Source: a bacterium (GTDB lineage Bacteria; Patescibacteriota; Dojkabacteria; JAKAPS01; JAJZLI01). Taken from it: a DNA stretch of 62,128 nt. Positions 52,516 to 62,128 of the stretch are shown here, piece after piece. Every line of letters starts with the position of its first letter. Positions within the stretch are counted from its first letter, which is position 1. The position numbers and the translations under genes were made by a program. The stretch lies in assembly GCA_027459825.1 (NCBI GenBank), contig DAIDGT010000004.1, forward strand, positions 1-62,128, written 5' to 3'. The notes beneath the pieces were generated by a model, which saw nothing but the letters and a program-made list of their open reading frames with translations, was not told the DNA's origin and searched no databases.

Positions 52516-52728
52516 ATGTCAACATTAACAATAAAATTAGCAGGCGGAGTCGTCATGGGACTTGGAGCTATTGGACCTGGTATAGGAGTAGGATTAATTG
52601 GAGCTAAATCAGTAGAGGCTATTGGAAAAAATCCTCAAATGATGGGGAGAATTATAGGAGTTATGATTCTTGCCATGGCTTTCACTGAAGCTATAGCAAT
52701 CTATGCTCTTATTTTTGCATTACAATAA
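52516..52728 (+). CDS. atpE: F0F1 ATP synthase subunit c
   Basis: 70-aa hairpin with a GxGxGxG helix (GAIGPGIGVGLIG) and the ion-binding Glu in AFTEAIAIYAL. Strong Shine-Dalgarno AGGAGGTGA. Confidence 0.93.
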   Translation: MSTLTIKLAGGVVMGLGAIGPGIGVGLIGAKSVEAIGKNPQMMGRIIGVMILAMAFTEAIAIYALIFALQ

Positions 52729-52731
52729 ACT

Positions 52732-53250
52732 ATGAATTTTTTAAACACATTTGGAGTAAACATAAAAAGTTTGATTTTTTATACGATTGATTTCTTAGTC
52801 ATTCTTTTTGTGTTGCAAAAATTTGTATTTTCAAAGATTACCAAAATAATGGATGATCGTGAGAAAAAAATAAAGGAAAGCATAGAGAATGCAAAAAATA
52901 CAGAGGAGCTTAAGCATGAAATGGAATCCAGGTATAGAGATGCTATGAGAAATGCACAAGCAGAGAGCCAAATCATAATAGAGGAGGCTAAAAAGGGAGC
53001 AGACAAAGCGGCACAAGATATAATTGAAAAGGCGATGAAAGATGCAAAAGATATAACTTCAGAGTACGAAAAGGAAATGGACATTATAAGAGAAAAAATG
53101 TTTGCAACCTTAAAACAGGATATTACTGATCTTGTTGTAAAAACAACAAGAAAAATACTATCAGAGAATCTTACTAATACTGATATGGACAGAATAGTAA
53201 AGGAAAGTATAAAATATATGCCATCTTATGAAAGGAAACAAAAAAATTAA
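52732..53250 (+). CDS. atpF: F0F1 ATP synthase subunit b
   Basis: One N-terminal TM helix followed by a long charged coiled coil. Assigned also from operon position. Confidence 0.85.
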   Translation: MNFLNTFGVNIKSLIFYTIDFLVILFVLQKFVFSKITKIMDDREKKIKESIENAKNTEELKHEMESRYRDAMRNAQAESQIIIEEAKKGADKAAQDIIEKAMKDAKDITSEYEKEMDIIREKMFATLKQDITDLVVKTTRKILSENLTNTDMDRIVKESIKYMPSYERKQKN

Positions 53251-53581
53251 AATTATTATTGATAATGTAATAGTAGGTAATAAATTAGATTTAAACCTTT
53301 TATCAAAAATAGTAGAAAAAAAATTACTAGAAAGAAAGGAATTAAAAAAACTACTTAGACAATTAAAATACAATATCAAAAAACTTTCAGTAAGGATTGA
53401 GTATGCAGGATATATATCTAAAGAAACATCAGAGGAGATACTCAAAAAACTTGATAAACCTACGGTATTCGAGTTTATAGAAAATAAAAAATTAATAGGA
53501 GGAATTAAATTAAAAGAGGATTGGAATATAATAGATTCCTCCATAAATTATAAATTACAAAAAATACAAGCAATAATATAA
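53228..53581 (+). CDS. atpH: F0F1 ATP synthase subunit delta, shortened
   Basis: Only 117 aa. The C-terminal OSCP-type signature LIGGIKLKEDWNIIDSSINYKLQKI is present, and the N-terminal helical bundle is largely missing. Confidence 0.7.
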   Translation: MKGNKKIKIIIDNVIVGNKLDLNLLSKIVEKKLLERKELKKLLRQLKYNIKKLSVRIEYAGYISKETSEEILKKLDKPTVFEFIENKKLIGGIKLKEDWNIIDSSINYKLQKIQAII

Positions 53582-53584
53582 AGT

Positions 53585-55096
53585 ATGAAAGAGCAAGATA
53601 TAATAAAACAAATTGAAACACAAATAGATAATTTGGATTTGTCTTTTAAGACAGAAAAAACAGGAATAATACAAACAGTGGGAGATGGAGTTGCAGTAGC
53701 AATTGGACTTATGGATACTGCATATGGTGAAAGAGTGATCATTAAGACATCTGATGGAGAAGAAATTGAAGGAATGGCTATGGATCTTAGGGAAGATGAA
53801 GTTGGTATAATAGTTTTAGGAAGATATGAAAAAATAAAAGAAGGAGATCAGGTAGTAAGTACAAATGAAATTTTATCTGTTCCAATAGGAATGGAATTAC
53901 TAGGAAGAGTAGTAGATGGGAAAGGAGATGCAATTGATGGAAAAGGGAAGATTAATACCAAAGAGAGATCAGAGATAGAAAAAGTAGCTCCAGGAGTAAT
54001 AACTAGAGCAGGAGTCAATACATCACTTGCAACAGGTATTACTGCAATTGACTCACTTATTCCTATAGGAAGAGGACAAAGAGAATTAATAATAGGTGAT
54101 AGAAATACAGGAAAGACAAGTATTGCAATTGACACAATAATTAATCAAAAAGGCAAAGGGGTTTACTGTATATATTGTGCAATAGGACAAAAGAACTCTA
54201 AAATATCTCAAATTGTAGCAAAATTGGAATCTGCAGAAGCAATGAAATATACAATCATAGTTAATGCATCTTCATCAGATCCAGTAACTGAACAGTATCT
54301 TGCGCCATATACAGCAGCAACAATAGGAGAATATTTCAGAGACAGGAAAATGGATGCTCTTGTAGTATATGATGACCTAACAAAACATGCTTGGGCATAT
54401 AGACAATTATCCCTTATATTAAAAAGACCAAGCGGAAGAGAAGCATACCCAGGAGATGTATTTTATCTTCACTCAAGGCTTCTTGAGAGGGCAGCTAAAC
54501 TCAAAGAAGAAAATGGAGGAGGATCTTTAAGTGCGCTACCTATAATTCAAACTCAGATAGGTGATATATCTGCATATATTCCGACTAACCTTATCTCTAT
54601 AACGGATGGACAGATATACCTTGAATCAGATTTATTTTATGCAGGAATAAGGCCTGCAATCAATATTGGTCTTTCAGTATCAAGAGTAGGGTCAAAAGCA
54701 CAAGTTAAGGCAATGAAACAAGTTGCAGGTAGACTAAAGCTTGATATGGCACAATACAGAGAACTTGCTGCATTTTCTCAATTTGGATCAGATCTGGATG
54801 AAAACACAAAGAAGTTACTAACCAGAGGAGATAGAATTACACAAATATTGAAACAAAAAGTATATTCACCTCTCCCTGTAGAAATACAAGTTTTAATTAT
54901 CTATTCTGTAACATCAGGAGCAACAGATAATATCCCCGTTGACAAAATTGAAGACTTTGAAGTCAAATTAAGAGAAAATTTTGAATCTGTACACCAAGAT
55001 ATTCTCACAGAAATTAAAGAAAAAAGAGAATTATCGGATGACATTAAAGAAAAAATGACAAAAATAATTTCAGAATTTGCAACAAACTATGTCTAA
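53585..55096 (+). CDS. atpA: F0F1 ATP synthase subunit alpha
   Basis: Walker A GDRNTGKTSIA, plus DDLTKHAWAYRQLSL and the rest of the alpha signature. Confidence 0.96.
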   Translation: MKEQDIIKQIETQIDNLDLSFKTEKTGIIQTVGDGVAVAIGLMDTAYGERVIIKTSDGEEIEGMAMDLREDEVGIIVLGRYEKIKEGDQVVSTNEILSVPIGMELLGRVVDGKGDAIDGKGKINTKERSEIEKVAPGVITRAGVNTSLATGITAIDSLIPIGRGQRELIIGDRNTGKTSIAIDTIINQKGKGVYCIYCAIGQKNSKISQIVAKLESAEAMKYTIIVNASSSDPVTEQYLAPYTAATIGEYFRDRKMDALVVYDDLTKHAWAYRQLSLILKRPSGREAYPGDVFYLHSRLLERAAKLKEENGGGSLSALPIIQTQIGDISAYIPTNLISITDGQIYLESDLFYAGIRPAINIGLSVSRVGSKAQVKAMKQVAGRLKLDMAQYRELAAFSQFGSDLDENTKKLLTRGDRITQILKQKVYSPLPVEIQVLIIYSVTSGATDNIPVDKIEDFEVKLRENFESVHQDILTEIKEKRELSDDIKEKMTKIISEFATNYV

Positions 55097-55961
55097 GTTA
55101 ATTGAAATTAAAAGAAGGATAAAATCTACAAAAAATATTAGGCAAGTAACTAGGGCAATGGAGATGGTTGCTTCCGTCAAATTTAAAAAAATCAACTCTG
55201 CTCTTAAAATTTCCAACAAATATATTGCACCGATAGAACATACACTTAAAATACTTTCTACATACAAAGAGAAAGACATACTACCAAGATCAGATCATTG
55301 TGTACTTGTACTACTTGCACCATCTAAGGGATTTGTTGGACCATTAACAATAAACATATTAAATACTGCAAAAAATTTCCTTGAACAGAATAAAAATAAA
55401 GAATTTAAAATAGTAACAGTTGGGAAAAAGGCAAGTTCATTTGCAAAGTCAATGTCAAAAGAAGTTCTTGGATACTACCCTGATATTCCTGCAATAGCTT
55501 CAATTAATGACTTGTATGACTTAACAGATTTAATTATTGATGAATATATTAATAATAGAGCAGAAAGTGTATATATTTGCTATCCAAAGTTTATTAATAT
55601 ACTTTCGAATAAGGTTGTTGTAGAAAAATTTTTACCTATTGAATATCAGGAAGAAGAGTATGAATCTTTACATTTCACAAAATCAGATGAAAAAGATTCA
55701 CCCTCTTTATATACATTTTATCAAGGATTTGAAGAATTATACGAAAGTTGTATAAAAACATATACACTATCCATGATATATGCTAAAAAAGTAGAATCCT
55801 CTGCTTCTGAACACGCATCAAGAATGATGACTATGCGAAATGCAACTGATAATGCGTCTAAGTTAAATATGGAGCTTCAAATTGAAAGAAATAAAGTAAG
55901 ACAGCAGAGTATAACTCAGGAAGTTATTGAAATTGCTTCTGCTTCTGAAAATACAATATAA
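55089..55961 (+). CDS. atpG: F0F1 ATP synthase subunit gamma
   Basis: MSKLIEIKRRIKSTKNIRQVTRAMEMVA N-terminus and C-terminal helix NKVRQQSITQEVIEI. The track start at 55077 adds 4 residues. Confidence 0.9.
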   Translation: MSKLIEIKRRIKSTKNIRQVTRAMEMVASVKFKKINSALKISNKYIAPIEHTLKILSTYKEKDILPRSDHCVLVLLAPSKGFVGPLTINILNTAKNFLEQNKNKEFKIVTVGKKASSFAKSMSKEVLGYYPDIPAIASINDLYDLTDLIIDEYINNRAESVYICYPKFINILSNKVVVEKFLPIEYQEEEYESLHFTKSDEKDSPSLYTFYQGFEELYESCIKTYTLSMIYAKKVESSASEHASRMMTMRNATDNASKLNMELQIERNKVRQQSITQEVIEIASASENTI

Positions 55962-55973
55962 TTTTGTTATTAA

Positions 55974-57784
<1,811 letters not shown>

Positions 57785-57792
57785 AAAAATAT

Positions 57793-58461
57793 ATGGTTAC
57801 AATAATAACACTATACATCTCCGCAGTGATATTTATACTTGTATCTATATATATAAATACACACAGAGAAAATAAAGACGACAGATTTTTATTTTATATT
57901 ACCAATTCAGTTATATTCTTGTCAGTTACCGATATAGCCCTAGCAACAGGTTTAATATTTTTACATTACTATCCTTTTGCATATGCCATTGCAGATATTG
58001 CGCAAGGTATATCTACAGGATACATACTACTCCTATCATTCAATTTATACCCAAAACCAAAATCATATAATGTTATAGTATACGCAACAACACTAATATA
58101 TATTGCAGAACTACTACTTTACCCTATATCACCTCTGAGGCCAGTTAAGTTCAGTCATATTTATTCTTATGGACAAGAAGGAGTTCTAGGTCTATATGGC
58201 ACATTAATAACTTTAACATTCTTTATTATTATAGTCTTTAATTTTATTAAATTTGCAATAAGTTTAAAAAATGATATATACGAAAGGAATAAATTTATTG
58301 CTGTTGCATTAGGCATATTTATAGCCTCAGTATCTATAGGCATAGAAGAATCAGTACCAAATATATATACAGCAATAATTGGTAATTTTGGATATCTCGT
58401 GGGTAGCATTACAGCACTAATACTACTTTCAAATATGCAAAGACGACCTAAGTCAATATAA
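57793..58461 (+). CDS. polytopic membrane protein, function unknown
   Basis: 222 aa with about 7 hydrophobic helices. No motif recognised. Confidence 0.5.
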   Translation: MVTIITLYISAVIFILVSIYINTHRENKDDRFLFYITNSVIFLSVTDIALATGLIFLHYYPFAYAIADIAQGISTGYILLLSFNLYPKPKSYNVIVYATTLIYIAELLLYPISPLRPVKFSHIYSYGQEGVLGLYGTLITLTFFIIIVFNFIKFAISLKNDIYERNKFIAVALGIFIASVSIGIEESVPNIYTAIIGNFGYLVGSITALILLSNMQRRPKSI

Positions 58462-58516
58462 AAATAGGATTATATTGCAATAAATAACCATATTAGGATA
58501 TAATAACAAAATCATT

Positions 58517-58831
58517 ATGGATGATTTCGCAGTTATACAAACAGGTGGTAAACAATTTATAGTCAAAAAAGGCGATACAATAAATATTGAATTAATCAAA
58601 GATGTGAAAATATCAGATAAGATTAAATTTAATGAAGTATTGCTTTCTTCTAAAAAGGGAAAAATTGAAGTTGGTACTCCTCATGTTGATAAAGCTATTG
58701 TAGAAGGTACAATACAAAAAGAAATTAAAGGCACAAAAATCAAAATATTAAAATTTAAAGCTAAGTCAAGATACAGAAAACACATAGGATACAGACCAAA
58801 GTATCTACAAGTTAGAATTGACAAAATTTAA
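58517..58831 (+). CDS. rplU: 50S ribosomal protein L21
   Basis: FAVIQTGGKQFIVKKGD...KFKAKSRYRKHIGYRP. Confidence 0.95.
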   Translation: MDDFAVIQTGGKQFIVKKGDTINIELIKDVKISDKIKFNEVLLSSKKGKIEVGTPHVDKAIVEGTIQKEIKGTKIKILKFKAKSRYRKHIGYRPKYLQVRIDKI

Positions 58832-59826
58832 TGAACTTAATATTTTTCTTAGGTAAATTCCCTCTTCTCTCAATTGCTGAAATATTTTCTGTTCTTAAAA
58901 GCAAAAATATAAGATACAGTGTAAAAATGGCAGATGAAAATTATCTGTATCTGAATTTAGAAGAAAACATTTACCCTGATATTCTCTTGAAAATTCTAGG
59001 AGGGACAATCAAAATATTTCAAGTCGAAGAAATTGCAAAACGAGAAGAAATCAAGAGAGTAAAAAACAAAAATAAAGTTAATCTAGATGATCAAGAATAT
59101 GCGCTAGGTAACATTGTTGCATCTCAAGATATTAAGGAATATGAACATAGAGAGATGGATAAACCATATACTTCACCTCAAACAGGGATGATGCCATCAA
59201 AACTTGCTAAAATATTACTAAATTTAGCTATAGGAAAAAAAACAACTGCAATTTATGACCCTTTTTGTGGAACAGGGACAATATTACAAGAAGCAATGCA
59301 TCAGGGGTATAAGGTGTATGGATCTGACATATCAAAAGAAGCTGTTGCTGGTACTATAAAAAATTTAGAATGGACAAAAAATGAGATAGGTGGAAGAGCT
59401 ACTGAATTTGAAATATTTACTCATGACGGGAAAATATTACCTGACAGATTAAAACTAAGTAAAGATAACATAGCCATTGCAACAGAACCGTATCTTGGGT
59501 TACCTTGGAAAGATAGAATACCAAAGAATGTTAGAAATACAAAAGAAATAACAAAGGTTGGAGATATAATAGATAGTTCTATCAAGAGTATGTCAAAAAT
59601 TTTGAAAAAAGGGGAAAGACTTGTTATAATAGTACCCAGCTTTAAAGTTAGACATCAAATAGTAAACTTAGAGCCTAAAACTAGTGAGTACCCTAATTTA
59701 GTAAGGATATCTCTAATCAATGATCTTAAGTTTGGAGACAAACATATAGATGAAATGAAAAGTTTCTTGTACTATAGAGAAGGTACAGTAGTGACAAGAG
59801 AGATTTTTATTTTTGAAAAAGTTTAA
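58831..59826 (+). CDS. SAM-dependent methyltransferase (UPF0020 / Trm11 / RlmL-like N-methylase fold) embedded between rplU and rpmA
   Basis: Motif [15 protein letters not shown]. Motif IV variant IATEPYLG in place of (D/N)PPY. The ATG overlaps the rplU stop (TAATG). Confidence 0.6.
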   Translation: MNLIFFLGKFPLLSIAEIFSVLKSKNIRYSVKMADENYLYLNLEENIYPDILLKILGGTIKIFQVEEIAKREEIKRVKNKNKVNLDDQEYALGNIVASQDIKEYEHREMDKPYTSPQTGMMPSKLAKILLNLAIGKKTTAIYDPFCGTGTILQEAMHQGYKVYGSDISKEAVAGTIKNLEWTKNEIGGRATEFEIFTHDGKILPDRLKLSKDNIAIATEPYLGLPWKDRIPKNVRNTKEITKVGDIIDSSIKSMSKILKKGERLVIIVPSFKVRHQIVNLEPKTSEYPNLVRISLINDLKFGDKHIDEMKSFLYYREGTVVTREIFIFEKV

Positions 59827-59831
59827 AGAAT

Positions 59832-60104
59832 ATGGCACATGTAAAAGCTGGAGGAGGAAAAGTTAATCAAGGAGGAAATGTCCCTGGAAAACGCAGAGGA
59901 GTAAAAAGATTTGCAAATGAGGCTGTAAAGGTTGGTAATATTATAGTAAGGCAATTGGGAACTAAATACTACCCTGGTAAAAATGTAAAAATGGGAAGAG
60001 ATTTTACAATATTTGCTACTACAGACGGTTTTGTTTCATTCAGAAGAATGACCAAACCAAAAGGTGGTAGAATTGCTATTGATGTAGTTGAAAAGAAAAA
60101 ATGA
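59832..60104 (+). CDS. rpmA: 50S ribosomal protein L27
   Basis: [27 protein letters not shown]...[15 protein letters not shown]. There is no N-terminal propeptide. Confidence 0.95.
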   Translation: MAHVKAGGGKVNQGGNVPGKRRGVKRFANEAVKVGNIIVRQLGTKYYPGKNVKMGRDFTIFATTDGFVSFRRMTKPKGGRIAIDVVEKKK

Positions 60105-60460
60105 ACACAATATTATTAGGAAAAGTTGAAGAACAATATATAAAATCTGAACGAAAAGAAGTATCAGTAGGAGATACTATAAAAGTACATAATAGGATAA
60201 GAGAAGGAGAGAAAGAAAGAATTCAGATATTTGAGGGACTTGTTATATCAAGAAAACATTCAGGAACTCATGAAAACATAACAGTTAGAAAAATATCAAA
60301 GGGAATAGGGGTTGAAAGAATATATCCATTACATTCTCCAAATATTGAAAAAATAGAAATTATTAAAAAAGGAAAGGTTCGAAGAGCAAAACTAAATTAC
60401 ATAAAATCTAGAATTGGTAAAAAAGCAATCTTCGTTAAAGAAGATGGTACTAAGCAATAA
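60101..60460 (+). CDS. rplS: 50S ribosomal protein L19
   Basis: [33 protein letters not shown]...[16 protein letters not shown]. Confidence 0.95.
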   Translation: MNTILLGKVEEQYIKSERKEVSVGDTIKVHNRIREGEKERIQIFEGLVISRKHSGTHENITVRKISKGIGVERIYPLHSPNIEKIEIIKKGKVRRAKLNYIKSRIGKKAIFVKEDGTKQ

Positions 60461-61049
60461 AGAAAAAAAACTTCTATTAAATCACAGCAATATTACAGGT
60501 ATCGATGAAGTTGGAAGAGGGTCAATAGCTGGACCAGTAGTTGTAACATCATATACAATATCCAAACAAAGTAAAATAATTTCTGGTGTGGAAGACTCAA
60601 AGAAACTCACACCATCAAAGAGAGAAGCACTGTACCAAGACCTCATAGACAATTCAGAAAACTACCATATAGCGCAAATATCAAGTACAATAATTGACTC
60701 CAAGGGAATAGTATATGCTATATCACAAGGCATTTTAAAATGTGTAAACAAGACAAAAACAGAGTTCATCTTAATAGATGGAATATTTAAAGAAAAATTT
60801 AACTTTGAAAAACCTTACCAAACAATTATAAAAGGTGATACATTGCACTATTGTATAGGAGCTGCATCTATAATAGCTAAAGTATGGAGAGATAAGTTAA
60901 TGAAAAAATTATCTTTACAATACCCAGGATATGATTTTGAAAATAATAAAGGATATGGCACATCTAAGCATATACAAGGAATCAAAAGTTTAGGATTATC
61001 TAAGATACACAGAAAAAAGTTTGTAAACACACTTCTTAAAAATGTATAA
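60444..61049 (+). CDS. rnhB: ribonuclease HII
   Basis: [15 protein letters not shown] (DE), DSKKLTP, and the later AASIIAK and GYGT motifs. The ATG at 60444 is preferred to the track start at 60414. Confidence 0.9.
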   Translation: MVLSNKEKKLLLNHSNITGIDEVGRGSIAGPVVVTSYTISKQSKIISGVEDSKKLTPSKREALYQDLIDNSENYHIAQISSTIIDSKGIVYAISQGILKCVNKTKTEFILIDGIFKEKFNFEKPYQTIIKGDTLHYCIGAASIIAKVWRDKLMKKLSLQYPGYDFENNKGYGTSKHIQGIKSLGLSKIHRKKFVNTLLKNV

Positions 61050-61692
61050 TACTAATATAAGAAATGAATTAGAAACTGCAGTAGAGGCAGAACAATATTA
61101 TGGTTTTTTAGTACATACAGGAGACACTACTGGATTATTTGAAGATATTAAGGCAAGAGCAGAAAACCATCATTGGTCAAATAGTCAAATACTTAGAGTA
61201 CAATACACACAAATACCCACAGAAAATAAAGTATTAACACCAATTCATAGTGTATCAACTAGTATCAGAATAAGAAGAGTAGGAGAGATAGGTAGTGTTT
61301 ATAGGAAACCCACTGAATATGAACTGTCAACATCAGTATACTTTTCAGACAAAGCATCACAAGCATCTATGGAAAGAATATATTTTGATTTAATAAAAGA
61401 AGGAAATATACCTCATTTTTTAAAATTGCCATGGATGAGAAGTACAATGCGAATTACAGATAATACAGGATCTATAGTTTCTTACTTGGGTAAAGTAAAA
61501 AAAGGAGGTATAGAGACTTTAACATTGGATACAAAAGAACAGAAAGAGGGTGCTAGAAGATTTAATCCAATTCAACTAACAAATCCTAATGATTTTCATG
61601 TTGTAGTACAAAACCATACAGATATATTACAAACAATTTTAAATACAGTACATGATGGAATGTTACCAACAGTTGAGATACCAATATGTTAA
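61042..61692 (+). CDS. hypothetical protein
   Basis: 216-aa ORF overlapping the rnhB stop. No motif recognised. Confidence 0.5.
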   Translation: MYNTNIRNELETAVEAEQYYGFLVHTGDTTGLFEDIKARAENHHWSNSQILRVQYTQIPTENKVLTPIHSVSTSIRIRRVGEIGSVYRKPTEYELSTSVYFSDKASQASMERIYFDLIKEGNIPHFLKLPWMRSTMRITDNTGSIVSYLGKVKKGGIETLTLDTKEQKEGARRFNPIQLTNPNDFHVVVQNHTDILQTILNTVHDGMLPTVEIPIC

Positions 61693-61697
61693 ATTTG

Positions 61698-62128
61698 TTA
61701 TTTTACAACAAGTGAATCATCTCCAATAACAGAACTTACTCTTTCAATAAAATCTCCACTAAATTTAACCTTATTTTTCAAATTTATAATTTTCATTTCT
61801 TCATTTACAAAGATTCTCAAAGATACACCAACATTACCTATGGATTCTTTTATAACTTCATTAAGTTGGGATAATTTCTCCTTCGTAGTATTCTGTGGAA
61901 TATTGATTTCAATATTGCTTACTTTCTTTTTCTTTACATCACTGTCAGTTACAGGGGTGATGTCATCTACAATAATTTTATATTCTGCAACATCTGCACT
62001 TTCATCTTCATCAACTTCATCTGAAACCACCTCTTTTAAAGAAACTTCAAGGTTTCCTTTTACAATAACAACTGCACCATCACGTATATAATCCCTAACA
62101 ATTTCATAAACCTTAGGAAAGATAACAA
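61698..62128 (-). CDS. C-terminal end of a larger protein running off the window; resembles the OB-fold/C-terminal tail of DNA polymerase III alpha
   Basis: The reverse-strand frame is open from the window end (VIFPKVYEIVRDYIRDGAVVIVKGNLEVSLKEVVSDE...). This pattern is typical of the DnaE OB-fold segment. The assignment is tentative. Confidence 0.4.
   Translation of the reverse strand, partial: VIFPKVYEIVRDYIRDGAVVIVKGNLEVSLKEVVSDEVDEDESADVAEYKIIVDDITPVTDSDVKKKKVSNIEINIPQNTTKEKLSQLNEVIKESIGNVGVSLRIFVNEEMKIINLKNKVKFSGDFIERVSSVIGDDSLVVK

Noticed and set aside
52779-53544. Antisense ORFs in the atp operon (52779..53084-, 52831..53016-, 53161..53544-), with similar ones inside leuS, proS, nrdA and the GT genes
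   Set aside because: They lie opposite well-supported conserved genes, encode low-complexity Ser/Ile/Phe-rich products and have no start context. They are typical shadows of Lys/Glu-rich coding sequence.

Overview
AT-rich bacterial chromosome segment using the standard genetic code: TGA acts as a stop, for example at the ATGA junction at 29120-29123. The gene content looks like a small-genome, Patescibacteria/CPR-like organism; that assignment is inference only. Most of the window is housekeeping. It holds leuS (cut by the window edge), proS, argS, a pgi/pmi-like gene and a pmm/pgm-like gene. It also holds an htrA / response-regulator / histidine-kinase operon, cvpA, mntH and yidD. There are two surface-glycan clusters, each with its own Wzx-type flippase plus GT4, GT2, GT28 and GT-C enzymes. 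Peptidoglycan genes murB, mraY and murF are present, as are nrdAB and one type IV pilin. A complete F1Fo ATP synthase operon (atpBEFHAGDC) is followed by rplU, a methyltransferase, rpmA, rplS and rnhB, and the window ends in the C-terminal part of a dnaE-like gene. I saw no rRNA, tRNA, CRISPR array, transposase or integrase. The stand-out region is 7043-11629. Two paralogous secreted proteins of about 50% G+C sit in a genome of about 25% G+C. Each has a near-identical strong promoter/5'UTR, an invariant 14-aa C-terminal block and a conserved two-hairpin 3' RNA module. They flank a membrane-anchored TraD/VirD4-type P-loop ATPase, and no other secretion, pilus or conjugation genes are present. 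A third, orphan copy of the 3' module follows a consensus promoter and a 28-codon ORF just upstream. Other notable items: a 22/23-nt tandem duplication splits a fused GT2 gene. Two metallothionein-like micro-ORFs fall below the ORF-track cutoff. A ThrC-like / double ATP-grasp / hydrolase / LysW-like cluster is embedded among the peptidoglycan genes. An ImmA/IrrE peptidase is paired with a small membrane protein. Extended -10 promoters abut several start codons, suggesting leaderless mRNAs. All family assignments come from motifs read by eye; no database search was run.
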